A stretch of DNA of 64,000 nucleotides. It comes from Auanema rhodensis. Taxonomy: Eukaryota > Animalia > Nematoda. The DNA lies in contig OZ059895.1 in NCBI GenBank assembly GCA_964057225.1, forward strand, positions 8,246,001 to 8,310,000, given 5' to 3'. This document shows positions 24,301 to 37,068 of this stretch, piece by piece (position 1 is the first letter of the stretch; the number at the start of each line of letters is the position of its first letter). The notes beneath the pieces were generated by a model, which was not told the DNA's origin, searched no databases, and saw only the letters and a program-made list of their open reading frames with translations. The position numbers were made by a program, and so were the translations under genes.

Positions 24301-25184
24301 CACACACAACTCCAGACTCATTAATTTAACCTTCAAATCAACTGATGTCAACTTGACACAGTGAAATGTGAAAGCGATGTTAACGGAATAAACCGATATT
24401 ATGAGTTTAGATTAAAAAGTTGGATCTAAAACATGAGAAGATGGCTGCAGTGGAAGCAGATGCAACGTGGACCGTTAGATCAGGCTTCTCGAAACAAGAG
24501 TTTTGCGATATGTTTCGATAAACCAATGCTGTTGTAATCCGAAAGAAAACCAATCAAGACGGAAAAGAGGCGAAAAACTCTAGGAAAGCTAGAACCGAAG
24601 AAGAAACAAATGCAGTTTCTATTCACAGAAAATAGTTGAACTATCTCAGCATAAAACAACTGACGCTCTAACTTTCTAGAATATATGACCTTCCACACAT
24701 GCAATAAGCAATAGCTATTTCAGATAGCTTTCGTTCATATTTTCAAAATTGATTATACTGTTCAGAATTGGAGATCAATTATAAGCCTTGGAAAACGTTT
24801 GATGAAGAAATATATACAATAAAAAAAGATGATACATATAATAAAAAATTAAAAAAGAATGAAATAATAAAAGCTCTCGAGCTGAACTAACCTGACAACG
24901 CTTAACTGTTTTCTATACTTTTGATCGCTTAAATATTTCCATAAAATGAAATTAAAGCAATATAAGAAAAGATTTGCGGTAGATAATCTGATGCAACTAA
25001 TTCCTCAAAATCTAAATTATAAGAAAAAAAAGAAATATTTATTTGACTTGTGTAATCACCAGTTAAGACTAGAAAGAAAAAATATTGTACTAAAACTACA
25101 TGCTACGACTGAATTCAAAAACAGTGTCTATTTTGAACATACGAAAGGGATTTGTAGGGCAAGACGTATTGTTTTCATATTGAT

Positions 25185-27806
25185 TTAAACCCTTTCAACA
25201 ATTGGAACTCCAGACATTTCTGCTGGTACAGGTAAACCCATGATGTAGAGAACAGTAGGTGCAACGTCACAGAGGGCTGGAGGACGTCCAGGAGCCTAAA
25301 ATTTTAAAATAATTTTTATCTTCAGATATTCATTCAATATTACATCCTTGAAGCGGAACTTGTCACTGCTGCAAGTGAAAGGAACGGGATAGCAGGTGTG
25401 AGCTGTATGCTTTCCACCATCAGGAGCTTTCATTTTCTCGGCGTTTCCATGGTCAGCAGTAACCATAAGGATATATCCTAAACAGAAACCGTAAACCTAG
25501 AACTTAGAACGAATTCCAACCATTTTCTTTGCATGCGGCATACATTCTTCCAATGGCTACATCAGTAGCTTCACAAGCTTTTACTGCAGCTTCGTATACC
25601 TAGAAAATGAGTAATTTAAGATTTTTAAAAAAGACTATTCAGCTTACTCCAGTGTGTCCAACCATGTCAGGAGGAGCAAAATTGCACATAATGAAAGGAT
25701 GCTTCTTAGCAACAATTTGTTCTATCATTTTATCTGCTACTCCTGCAGCAGACATTTCAGGCATTAAATCATAAGTAGCAACCTGAAATATAACATCTAA
25801 TTAGTAATTATTTGTCATATTTGATATAAAATAAATATATTTAAAAACTGAAGCAAGAAAACTGTTAAGCTTCTATTATCTCTAATGTAAATAAGTAAAA
25901 TCAAAATAATTACCTTAGGACTTGGAACCATGCAACGCTCTTCATTCTCAAACTGAGCTTCAACACCTCCATTGAAGAAGAAAGTTACATGAGCATATTT
26001 CTCAGTCTCAGCGCAGTGATATTGAGTGACTCCCTAAAGGATTAGGTTTTTCAATTAATATTTAATCATTTCAGTTTATCAATAAAATAATGTATGGAAG
26101 GCTCATACTAATATAAAACTTTTCTTACTTGTGTGGCTAACCATTCTGCCAAAACATTTTTGTTGCTATTAGGTGGGAACAACGAGCGGAAAGGGAACTC
26201 GGCTTTGTATTGAGTCATACCTTGAAGAAAAATAGTAGTTTCTATTTTAAGTTTCACACTTACCGAAAACTTCAACATTCTTTGGATGGGGTAATTTAGA
26301 ATTGCAATCTTTGTATCGCTCCATTCCCATAACCTATTAAAAATAAATTACTATGTTTATGCTTAAAAAATATACTTCAGAAATTTCGCGCATGCGATCA
26401 GCACGGTAATCGAAGAAAATCAAAGTGTCGTTGTCTTGAACTCGTCTCTCGGATCCACCGATGATAATTGGGGTTAAGAACTCATCTGTTTGTCCTTCAG
26501 CATAACGAGCTTTAACTTTTTCTACGAGCTAAAACATTAGGATAGCCATGAAAAACTTTAAAATAAAATTTACATTAGCTTCAGTACAATCCTCTCCAAC
26601 TCCGCCAATCATTCCTTCGTAAGCAACACATATTCTTTCCCATCTCTTATCACGATCCATAGCATAATATCTTTAATTATTGGTGTATAAGCAATGTTTC
26701 TCATGATTTTAATTTACCTTCCTACAACTGTAGCTAACTTTCCATAACCTTGCTGAGCGAAAAAGTCCAAAACATTTTGTACAAAACCGACCCCACTGGT
26801 AGGAGATGTATCACGACCATCACCATAAAAGTGAAGATAACACTCAGGAACTCCGAGCTCCTTGATAGCTTTCAACAAAGCAAACAAATGCTCTATAAGA
26901 AATTGTTTTTTTCTTGTGGTGAAAGAAAAGTACGGAAAAAAATTAAAAATAATGAAGCAAAACAGATCAGCTATAGCATTTTGTGGAAAAAAACATAAAA
27001 GATCATAAACATACCAATATGAGAATGAACTCCACCATCGGAAACAAGTCCTGCTAAATGAATTCGGTTGTTAAGAGACTTGGCACGTTCACAGGCAGCA
27101 ATAAGAGTCTCGTTTTTGACCTGAAAAAATAACGCTTATGAGATTTCAAACTACATCGTAGTTTTAAATTGACTAATAGATATTATTTATAAAAACAAGT
27201 TAATATAAAAGGCTTACTAACCAATGTATTGTTCTTCACAGACAAGTTGATTCTTACAATATCTTGGTATACCGGACGTCCAGCTCCAATGTTTAAGTGA
27301 CCAACCTATAGTATCACGTAAATTATTGTAATTTCTAAACTGAATATCTCTACCTCGGAATTGCCCATAAGTCCCTCTGGAAGACCAACATGTAGACCGT
27401 GAGCCTCGATAGCGCTCGAATTCTCTGCAACGAGTTGACTACGTTAAGCCGCAACCGACACATACAGAGAAAACCGGTATGGTTTGGCTCATTCTACTAT
27501 CCGTTCTGTTAATTCAACATAAGTTGCACCACTCAACTATTCGAAAAGTTACAAACGATATCAAACAGACTTCAATTTTAAAAATACGCTCACAAACTAT
27601 GCTCACTTTATAATATTCAAATTTAAATTCCGGGAAAACTTTCTGTTTATTTAGTTGTTTTAACTTAAACTCAAACCTTTAATCAAGCTATCCATAACAG
27701 GAGTGTTAGCAGCCATAATAGCGTTTCCATATTCTTCTTTAGTCAATCCCCAACCGTCAATCACAACAAGACAAACTTTGTTTTCCATCTTGTCGTTGTT
27801 AGCCAT
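25185..27806 (-). CDS. ipgm-1: 2,3-bisphosphoglycerate-independent phosphoglycerate mutase (multi-exon)
   Basis: [20 protein letters not shown]...[11 protein letters not shown]|[10 protein letters not shown] (catalytic Ser)...[11 protein letters not shown]...GDGRDT...[11 protein letters not shown]...[16 protein letters not shown]...PSPK|[12 protein letters not shown]...[12 protein letters not shown]...TADHGNAE...HTAHT...LCDVAPTVL...[11 protein letters not shown]. In-frame TAA 6 nt upstream of the ATG; acceptor at about 27841. Confidence 0.98.
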
Positions 27807-29948
27807 TTTTTATTGGAAGTGCAAGTTGGAACCTTGTATGCTGCAAATATTAATGAGAACTTTTATCTTTTAGTACAATACAAGTATAAGAGCTTTTTCA
27901 AATAACTAAAAAGCAAATATAAATAATATAAATAATAATAAACACGGAAGTAGGTTTATGAACTTTTATATTTCGTTAAGAATAACTTATATTGAGAAAC
28001 AACCCCCCGCATGGTTTGTTTTTTTTTTGAAAAATGAAACTTAGTTGCAGTTGTCATGTCGTTCTACACTAAACAGGAAAGCGTATAATTAATTAAATCC
28101 TATTTACTAATTTTAGATAATAAAAATTGTAAATAAACATCATTTGAAAAAACATGCATGAATTTACCCCCTATCAATACAGCCCTCATCAACTTTGTTG
28201 TTATCGTCAACATAACCATTATTCGACGTTGCATCGATAAGACAACAATTTATTTGAAGATTGTTTGTTGCATGACGTACCTGCACGCACAGCAAAAATG
28301 AACACAAAAAAAAGACATATTCACACAGACAACTATACCTCCCAACAACCAACTACAACCAGAAAACTATCGTCAACATGTTGAATCCCAGAGCGAAGAA
28401 CAGATACAGAAACAAGAGACCATGAAAAATTAAAGAGAGGTGCAGATGAAAAAGAGCAGAAGAAACTGGGCAAAATAGAAAACAAAACGCAACACCTATG
28501 AAACAAATATGCAAGTATATATATGCAAACATCTAAACAAGCACACGCTCGAGCTGCCATGAGCACTAAAACTATGAAAAAAAGCAGATATTGCGAATTT
28601 GACTTGACGAAGCAACATTCGTTGTTTGATCAGTTGAATAAGATACTTCTCAGAAGATCGACGACAAAACTACAAAAAAACAAATTCTCCAAAAACTATA
28701 CATGGATTAACAGAAGGGAAAACCATATAACCATTGGTAAAACATATAACCAACTAAACAGATATCGATCATGCGAAGAACAACGACAAACATTGACAAC
28801 TTCTATTAAAATATTGCCGTTCTTGATCACGTTATTCGTTAGACGGTCGATCGCCTTAATTCGATGTGCCGTCCGTCAGTGACAGGATACTTAAAAGTGA
28901 GAGACGTAGAGAAATATAATAAGAAAAAGCCATGAAAACAGACGTTGCACACATTATCTTTCTTTTCTTTTTGTAGTCTTTTAAAGAACTTTGCTTTCCT
29001 TTAATCCTGATTCATCAATATACAATTATAATATATGCATTTATGTTATTTAACTACTTTTTACATCACAGAAGATAATGAAAACTGAAAATGAGAACAG
29101 CAGAGCAAAAAAAAGCCGGCAGCAGTAGTGGTCGTAGGGCTGCTGCATTGCCAGAGATTGCGATCAATGGCTCGCCACTCAGTCAGTTGACGTGCAGTTT
29201 TGAAGAATTCGAACCTTTCCCTCAGTCATCTCCCTTAGCTCCGAGCATAGCACAAAATAAGTTGTTGAATATGACCAAATCAGTTTCACAAACTACATAA
29301 TTGCTTTATTACCACTGCCCCCATTAAAATAAGAATCAAATGATCATCAGAAAGCTAAAAATGTACATGAAAGGAACACGGCCTGCCGAGAACATTCGAA
29401 TTTGAAACCCCTTAACACAGCTGATACCGAATGTAAGAAATCACAACGTCAGGCAGCTTCGCCAAATCAATAAAACATTATCACACTGAATTCTTTATTC
29501 TTAGACAGAAACAAAATAGGATGACTCATTACATACTATTTACAGTCTTCTTTAGAAGAATTGAAACACCTATTTCAAAAATAATCGATGCCGATGACCA
29601 ATAATGAAGCGATCAAACGACCAAGATGTAGCGAAAGAGCTTTCATTCTTAGAAAATCAGTTACTTGTACCTATATACGCAAGTGCGCTACACCATGGAT
29701 CGTAATAATTTGTGTATGTGATGAGTAAGAAATACATCTAATCAATAGCAAGCAAAATACCAATAAAAGAGTATTGAAGGCAATTGCAGGCGGGTCGGGG
29801 TCGGCGAAACGGACCCGTTCCCTGACTATGTCAGAAAGGAGGACGAGTAAAACGCAGCGCAGCGGACCATCATCGAAAAACCAGACGCAACCGAGAAAAC
29901 CTAGAAGGGGCTGAATACAAGAAAAGACCTTCAGAATCACAGTGACTA

Positions 29949-30026
29949 AGGGGTGGGATCGGACCCAGGTCGAAAAAAGCGACTGGAAAATGAAACTTCG
30001 GTGAAAAACATGCCTCTTATATAAAA
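29949..30026 (-). promoter_or_regulatory. Module B: TATA box + Inr-like TCATTT + CCTGGGTC...CCACCCCT, just past the zinc-finger stop codon
   Basis: + strand reads AGGGGTGG(29949)-5 nt-GACCCAGG(29962-29969)-47 nt-TTATATAAAA(30017-30026). On - strand TATATAAG starts 32 nt before the A of TCATTT (29991). Confidence 0.45.
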
Positions 30027-30073
30027 AATGAGGGAATACACACATATGAACACAGACAATAAGGTATTCTTCT

Positions 30074-30813
30074 TCAGATCCGTTGGATTTTATCCGAAAC
30101 AACCACGGGGTTGTTCTTGCGAATCTCTTCACGCTCCATTGTTTTATAATCGAAAGAACAATTATGAGCTTTATCATAGCGATGATCACCGCAATAAAGG
30201 CCACCACAACGACAAGTGAAACCTAAAATATCAAATACATTAAAGGAACACGCATACACGAACGTACCCGTCAAACCGACTCGTTTTTTACACATATGGC
30301 AACGATTAGCTTTCTTCACCGGGACAGGAACATCAGTTGAGACAACAGGACTCTCTGCAGTTGGTTTCCCGCTGAAATAAACGAAACGTAAAAATCTTGT
30401 AATAAAAGTTTTAAAACATTAATAACCAAAAAACCTACCAGGATTCGGGTTCTGTTGAAGCAATTGCTTCTGCACTTTCCAACTTTGCAGTAACATCTGA
30501 ATTGGATAGAGCAGCCTGAGCACATGTCTGAGCAGGTTCAGAAACCGTGGAGGAGGAGGATGAGGACGATGATGATGATGACGATGAAGAAGATGAAGCA
30601 GCCATTGGCACAGCGACAGGTACTAGAAAAAAAATATTTTAAACGATAAATTAATACTAACTAACCAGTAGGAGATAAACGTGCGGTATCTTGCTTACGC
30701 TTAATATTATCCTTGAAACATTTCGAACAAAGACCCTCAGTAGCACTGGAACCGAAGAATCCGCACCCACCGCGGCAAAGAGATGTTGTAGACGGTTGCT
30801 GTTGATTTTCCAT
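30074..30813 (-). CDS. A20 + AN1 zinc-finger protein (ZFAND5/ZFAND6-like), 4 coding exons
   Basis: A20 finger [22 protein letters not shown]; linker with a 16-residue Ser run; AN1 finger [14 protein letters not shown]|[26 protein letters not shown]; family-typical C-terminus [16 protein letters not shown]. Confidence 0.96.
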
Positions 30814-33800
30814 TAATGAGCTGCTAAAATCAATGAAGTTACAAGCATCAGACAACGAGCAATACAAAAATATTTTAAAAAATCGATCGAGTAAAAATTA
30901 CAACAAAGTTTCTTGCCCTCTATGAGGGTGTCTGGAACAAGGAATATAGAATACGAACAACAAGAAGGACGACAAGTAATTTGGGCGGAGTACACTGTTA
31001 GAAGAGCGCGTGACAATGCGAATGTTCACTGGCAGTGACGTCGCTTGACGAAAGATATGAGGAAACTGAATCCCCAGAACAAAATTAAAGCAAAAATCAA
31101 GAGAAAATGTACCACACTTCAACATACACGGAAATGAGTGAAATGGCTTAAGAAAATCTGTCAGCTTCCTTCGTTCAAAGCTGCATTGATATCGACCGGC
31201 TAAGTTGAGACGTTGTAAACAACTACTTCGTCATAATGAAGAAATTTCGCCACAAAGAGCAAGTTACACAAAATGAGAAACCAGCGAGAAAGGCCTTAAA
31301 AGTAAAGAACTAAGGTTGTACAGCCATTTTGTCGGCTGGAGTCACAGGACCTTGCGCTCAAAGCGAAACGTAACCTGTCTGCTATACGCGTCGCGTCCGC
31401 TCGCTGCATAGTCACAACAGCCAGCCGGCAGACATACGATCGATACGCTGCGCATACAAAGCACAACGCATCAATATGTGGAAGCAAAAGTACGAGAACA
31501 ACATAACGAACTATATACTAAATAAGCTATTTGAGAATAAAATGAAATTATTCATGAAATATTCGATGGTGATTGGTTTGCGTTGGTGTAATAAGAAAAT
31601 CTATTAGGAAACCGTTAAAAAAAACGGACGAATAAGGTGAATAATTATAGAAGCTAATAACAGGATATAAGAAAAAAATTTCTAGTTGTGATAAGAAAAA
31701 AGTCGAAGAGTATCTAAATATATAGTCATGTATGTTGTGAGTGTGGCTGATCAGAAAATAGCACACCAAAGAGCGAACCTAAACACAAAAACAATCGTGT
31801 ATCAAAACAACTTTGGACATGAAAAATTCTAGAAACCCTTCCCAAAAATGGGAATCATAATCAAAGAATAGTGGTGATAGTAGAAAAAGGAATAAGCATG
31901 AGAGTAGCAGGTAACACGACAGAAACGACAAGTGAAATGAAATGAAATAGACAAAGGGAGTAAAGATCACATGATCTAAGAACATACTTGTTAAATATGC
32001 ACTGAGGCTAGATGAACTCACATACCACAACGAACAGACACAGTCAAATGAATATCTACGGACGCCTGATAGATCTGAGAGCAAATGCACTTTACGAACA
32101 TCAGATGACGGGCAAGTGCAATGCGCTCAATACAACCCGGAAAACGCTTCAAACTTTCAGAATTTGATTGGGCACACCTTTATAAGACTATTCTGATAAG
32201 ACTAAATACAATATATGAGGAAATTTCCAGAAGAACACGAATCAACATCCGCGGTTGAACACTTCCTTTCCAAACACAACCAAATCTCTACGTGGTGGAG
32301 GATGACAATTAAAGGTCGGGGCGAGAAGCAGACAACCAGATACTGTATCAATAGAGCGCACATTCAAAAACTGAACAAACAGCTAGAGCAGGAGAACCTA
32401 TAGTGAATCAACTTGCATATATACGCACACAAAACAGAGCGAAAGGGTAACAAAGTAATGTTTGAGAGAACATTATTCTGTTTGGAGCGCCAGAATACGG
32501 CGCAGACGTCGAACAACAGAACTTGGCGATGCACATGGAGGATACAGAATACTCTGAATTACTGACGACGGAGCAAATAAAAGCGGAAAAGTTCAACGTT
32601 TGTTGTTTTTGATATCTGCTCAGTATCAACCTGATATACATATCATTGTATCTTCGTTTTCCTACAGTGGCGCTGTCGTTGACGACAACAGCGTTGCCGC
32701 CCAACACCCCGAGGGCATCACGTCATAACAGCTAGGGCAAAAACGAAAAACAACTAGACGACGAACGCACATCAAGATGAATGTTATCGACGAACAGAGT
32801 ATATGTTCTAGAGATAGTGCAAGTAACCTAAAAAGTAGTAAAATAAAAACTACGGACTAGAGGGAGAAAAGACTATGCGAGAAGCATCAGGAAACATCTT
32901 GACATCGAACGAAAGAGAGAACTGAGGGGGTAGTACACTGCATAGGAGCTACAACACCCAAGACAACCAGGAAAGGGAAATGCTTGGTGGGAGGAGTCTA
33001 GAGTATATGTTTTGGTAGACTGAAGCACAAGGACTACTGCGGCACGCCACGAACACATCGATCATGTGACGTTGGTCCTAATAATCGAAGATATGTGGAC
33101 CCGAGAACAAGTTCAAAGACTAGTGTTAGAATTAAATACGGATCGAAAGAGGACGCAATGAGATCTGAGAGTGCAAAAGTAGAACTTTCGAAGAGTAAGT
33201 AGATAGAATCAGGGTATGAAACAAAAGCAAACTATAGATATAGATGAGAGAGTATGAGAGGAACACACGGTAACGGCTGATCTTGTGAACGCTGAACAAA
33301 CAGGCTGTGATACGCTCGCATGTATGTTGGGGGAGAAATGGGAAAAAGAAAGTATGGATGTAAGAGAGATATCAGATAGTTAGAGAAATGAGCCCTCTGG
33401 TAACGTGTGCATAGATAAAGAATTTACAGTCGTAATATTATAACCGCTACGTGCCTGAAGCATGGAACAAAAAATCTTGTTGACAATAAAATCATATGCA
33501 TTCGCAGAATATGGATCTATTATACCCATCAAAGGCTATATATAGTCAAGACTTAAGATCATGTTAGATACGAAAGAAGGTCGTTGCGTCATGCCAATGA
33601 TATCGTCGTTCCCAACGGCAGTGACAACAAGTTCGTCGGTTCAAAAAGGTTCTACACTAAAATGCCAATAGCAGTTAAATGTTCCTAGACAACCCATATT
33701 ATCACTAAATCAATTAGAGCAAAGAACTATCGCCTCTAACTGTTAATCCCGAAGAAATCGCGTGCCAAAATAGGATTATGGAATAAGCATCGAAACCACA

Positions 33801-34699
33801 TCGAAACTATAGTTCTAGTCTCTCCCATTCGTCGATTCGAATATAAAAAGCAAAATCAAGGTAGAAAGCGAAATAAATAGAGAATAGGAGAGACTTGGTA
33901 AAGCAATTGCTGACGGCATTGCATAGAATTCCATAGACAATAATTCTGAGTGAGACGCGTTAGAAATGGCACCGATGAAAACGAAGTAAATGTCAATAAT
34001 GCGTATGCGAAATGGAAAATATGAGGAAAATGTTTGATTGGAGTCAATTTCACACGTCCCACTAAGCAATCGATATTTTCTTTTAAAAGTACATTCAGTA
34101 ATGAGAAATTACGTTAATATTGTAAACGTTCACAAGCACTGACTCAGAGCGAAATTCATAATCCGGAAGTGAAAATGTCACTAAATCATAATCATAGAAG
34201 CATGACGTACCCCCGCAAAAAGAAGAAAAATATAAAAATGTTGACGATGAAAATAAAATGTAAAAGAGAAAACATAGAGTACTCTACCACTACTTTCTTC
34301 CTGTTAATGAGGGTACAGATATGATGTTTGGAAAAAAAAAGTTCAACTATGCTGTTGAATATGTTGATTAAGAATAAAAGAAGAGAATGCAAAAGCACCG
34401 AAAAGAGGAACTACGACACAGGAAGAGATTGAGCTTCTCTCGTTTAGCCGGCGAGAAATCGAAATAGTTTAAACAGACCGGAGAGCACTATGACCTGAGT
34501 GAACTGGGCTAACCGCTGGGCGGAGCTTGGAGCGGGAGAAAGGTAAAGATACGGAATGGGAGGAGCTCACCGGCAAAATAGAATCAGATTAGAGTATACA
34601 GAGGAAAAAGTGAGAGAAGCAGAGTGAAAGAGAAAAAACGACGAAGTAGAAAGATAGGAAGGAATATATATACCTAAGTGTAGACAAGAGATATATCAA

Positions 34700-34703
<4 letters not shown>

Positions 34704-34750
<47 letters not shown>
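34704..34750. repeat. (GA)n microsatellite
   Basis: Perfect GA run. Confidence 0.97.
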
Positions 34751-34754
<4 letters not shown>

Positions 34755-35253
34755 GTAGGAAGTACTGAATGACAATAGAACGATCATTATACTGATGGGT
34801 TAAACATAGAAAGATTGAGAGGTTGATTTCTGGGATGGACCTCTTCAAAGAAATTGCTGAGAACAGAATGAAGACAAGACCAAGTTGGACACGCTATGTA
34901 AGAGACACAGACAGATGGAGCGTGTGCGCGAAGCCGGTTATCGTCATCATGACCCGGAGTCGTTGCTTCAGCTGGGGGCGCGTATGGAGCGCAACCTGTT
35001 TGCCCCGTAGACAAACGCTAAAAGAAGCAAATGGAGGAGACGGCATCGACGACGACGACAAACTATCAAGTCAAATGGCAAGCAATCCAGTCAGCAGGTA
35101 AAATCGCCGTCGGGGGGAGACGGAAACTACAAGGAGAGGCAGCTGGGGAAACAGAATTGAAGACGAAATAAATGAAAGAAAGGGGGCAGAGGAATTCTGC
35201 TATACTGTGACAGGGAATTGCCCTCTGGGAAAAGTAGAAAGTCAGAGTCTCTC

Positions 35254-35364
35254 CAGGGGCGCAGCTGAAAAGACCAGGGTCGCTCTTCGTCTATGCACGA
35301 AACGAAGGAATCATCCGTAGCGCCATCAATGGGTTTAAACGGCTTAAAAATGCTCTTATATATA
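35254..35364 (-). promoter_or_regulatory. Module C: TATA box + Inr-like CCATTG + CCCTGGTC...CGCCCCT
   Basis: - strand TATATAAGAGCATTTTT (compare B: TATATAAGAGGCATGTTTTT); the A of CCATTG (35330) is 32 nt after the TATA start, as in B. CGACCCTGGTC resembles CGACCTGGGTC of B. Confidence 0.4.
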
Positions 35365-37015
35365 ATAGTTGATTCCAATATTTCAGAACAGCCAATAACA
35401 CTTATCAAGAGAATATGACTGTTGAACAAGAGGATGATTTCGACTATGGACCTAACAAAAGTTATGTAAAGTTCCAGAAAATATTGGAATGTGAAGCGAG
35501 GTTTTACAACTCATAGAAATAAAAATTTCTTCATCCACTATGTTGGGGCCTTGCCATATATTTGATTGTAAAATCAAGAGATCAAACTGAAAACCTTTAA
35601 ATTGCGTACTAACGATGTACTCTTCAAGAATAGGTTCGTAGGAAGACAGGTGAAAATAGATAGAGCAAATGAGAAGAAAGGAAACAAGCAGAGCTAGGGA
35701 AGAGCTACGTAATAGAGGAAGCGTTGCGAAACGATATCATAGAGGAAGGGAGAAGAAGAGGGCAAGAAGATAGCTCGAGAACAAAGTGCTAAAGTGTGAT
35801 GAAGCTCACGAATTCGACAAGCGTAAGAGCCCAGCTGAAGCAGAGCAGTATTCGTCACCAGAGCAGATGATCAGAAGAGCGAATGATTAAATGAGAGAAT
35901 GAGAAAGCGAATGGGGACCAGCAATCACACATTCCACATATCTATACTATATGAGCTGTTGTGCTATAACGTTAAATTAAAGAGGGAAGATAGAAGAAAA
36001 TGAAGGGAGGGGGCGAGTAAAAGAAAAAAAATAACCGAAGGGTCTTATGACGTGAAACAAAGTCGAGGCTTGGATACATTTCGTGGACCAGGAACACAAC
36101 ACAAGCGTACACATTGAGCGAAGGATGAAGACGAAAAGAGAGATGGATCACGTGCGACTCAGCTGACTACAATATCAGTTCATACACTGATGACATCATG
36201 CTCTTGTTCTTGCTTTACTTTCTCTTTCTCGATAACCCGACGTTTTTTTTGTCATTTTCCGAAATAAAATAACAACGCATTTAATTAAGAAACTATTCTG
36301 TGCCATTATGATTAATAATATTCTTGATTAACTGGTGAAAACGCTAGGTAGTCAGTTCGTGTCAGTTCCCGATGGTCTCTGATAATAAGAAAAAGGTTGA
36401 ATGAGGTTAAGAAATGTCTAAATTGGGAGTGAAAACTACGAGACGAAATGTTTCATGATACAGAACGATACATAGAAAAAGAAGGACAAAATAGACAAAA
36501 TGAATGAAAGAGATTGAGAGAAATAGATTGAGTGAAATAACAGGTGAAAGAGAGAGAGAAAGGCTGGTTGAATCCAATCACGTCAACACTTGCACTTACG
36601 ACTCAGATAGGGCGACACTATCGAGAAATGAAGGGAAACAAGGGGAAGCGAGGGGAAGTCATCCCTAAGCTTTCAAACTCTTTTCATCTGATATATGCAA
36701 AAGGAAGGGAGAGATGGAGCGAAAAGAGAGGAAGAAAGACTTCTTGTTAATGCCTTAGAAACGGGTTCGCTAATAGCCTAGCTGGCTGTCAGACATATAA
36801 GGAAGGGCCGGTCCTAATTTGAAAGCTGCTGCGCCTGTTGTTGGGGCTAGGGTTGTATGTCTTGTGATGCAAGACGAAACTAAAATAATGAAGTTGGACA
36901 AGCTGCCCAAGTTATGACTTGATCCCTTCACTACACCCTATCTCTCAATATTATTATTCAGTTTTCTTGTCATATCTTAGGTTATTTTGCTCCCTCTCGC
37001 GGTCTCATACATGCG

Positions 37016-37068
37016 TAATGAATCTATCGACTAAGGTAATGAAGAAATAATGAATCTATCGACTAAGG
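37016..37068. repeat. 21-bp direct repeat TAATGAATCTATCGACTAAGG, two copies
   Basis: Identical copies at 37016-37036 and 37048-37068. Confidence 0.95.

Noticed and set aside
25185-27806. Bacterial-type iPGM as contamination or recent horizontal transfer
   Set aside because: It has many spliceosomal introns, and iPGM is the normal nematode enzyme.
29671-30207. 178-aa ORF, the longest in the track
   Set aside because: Alternative frame over the AN1 exon and 3' region, non-ATG start, hydrophobic bias explained by U-rich sequence.
34787-35101. Overlapping 75-aa and 92-aa ORFs
   Set aside because: Non-ATG starts and no recognisable domain; expected in a GC-richer patch.
35275-35325. Hammerhead-like words CGGATGA...CGAAG on the - strand
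   Set aside because: The core differs from CUGAUGA/GAAA at invariant positions and stem II cannot close correctly.
37016-37068. 21-bp direct repeat as CRISPR-like array or target-site duplication
   Set aside because: Only two copies with an 11-nt spacer in a eukaryote; a local tandem duplication explains it.
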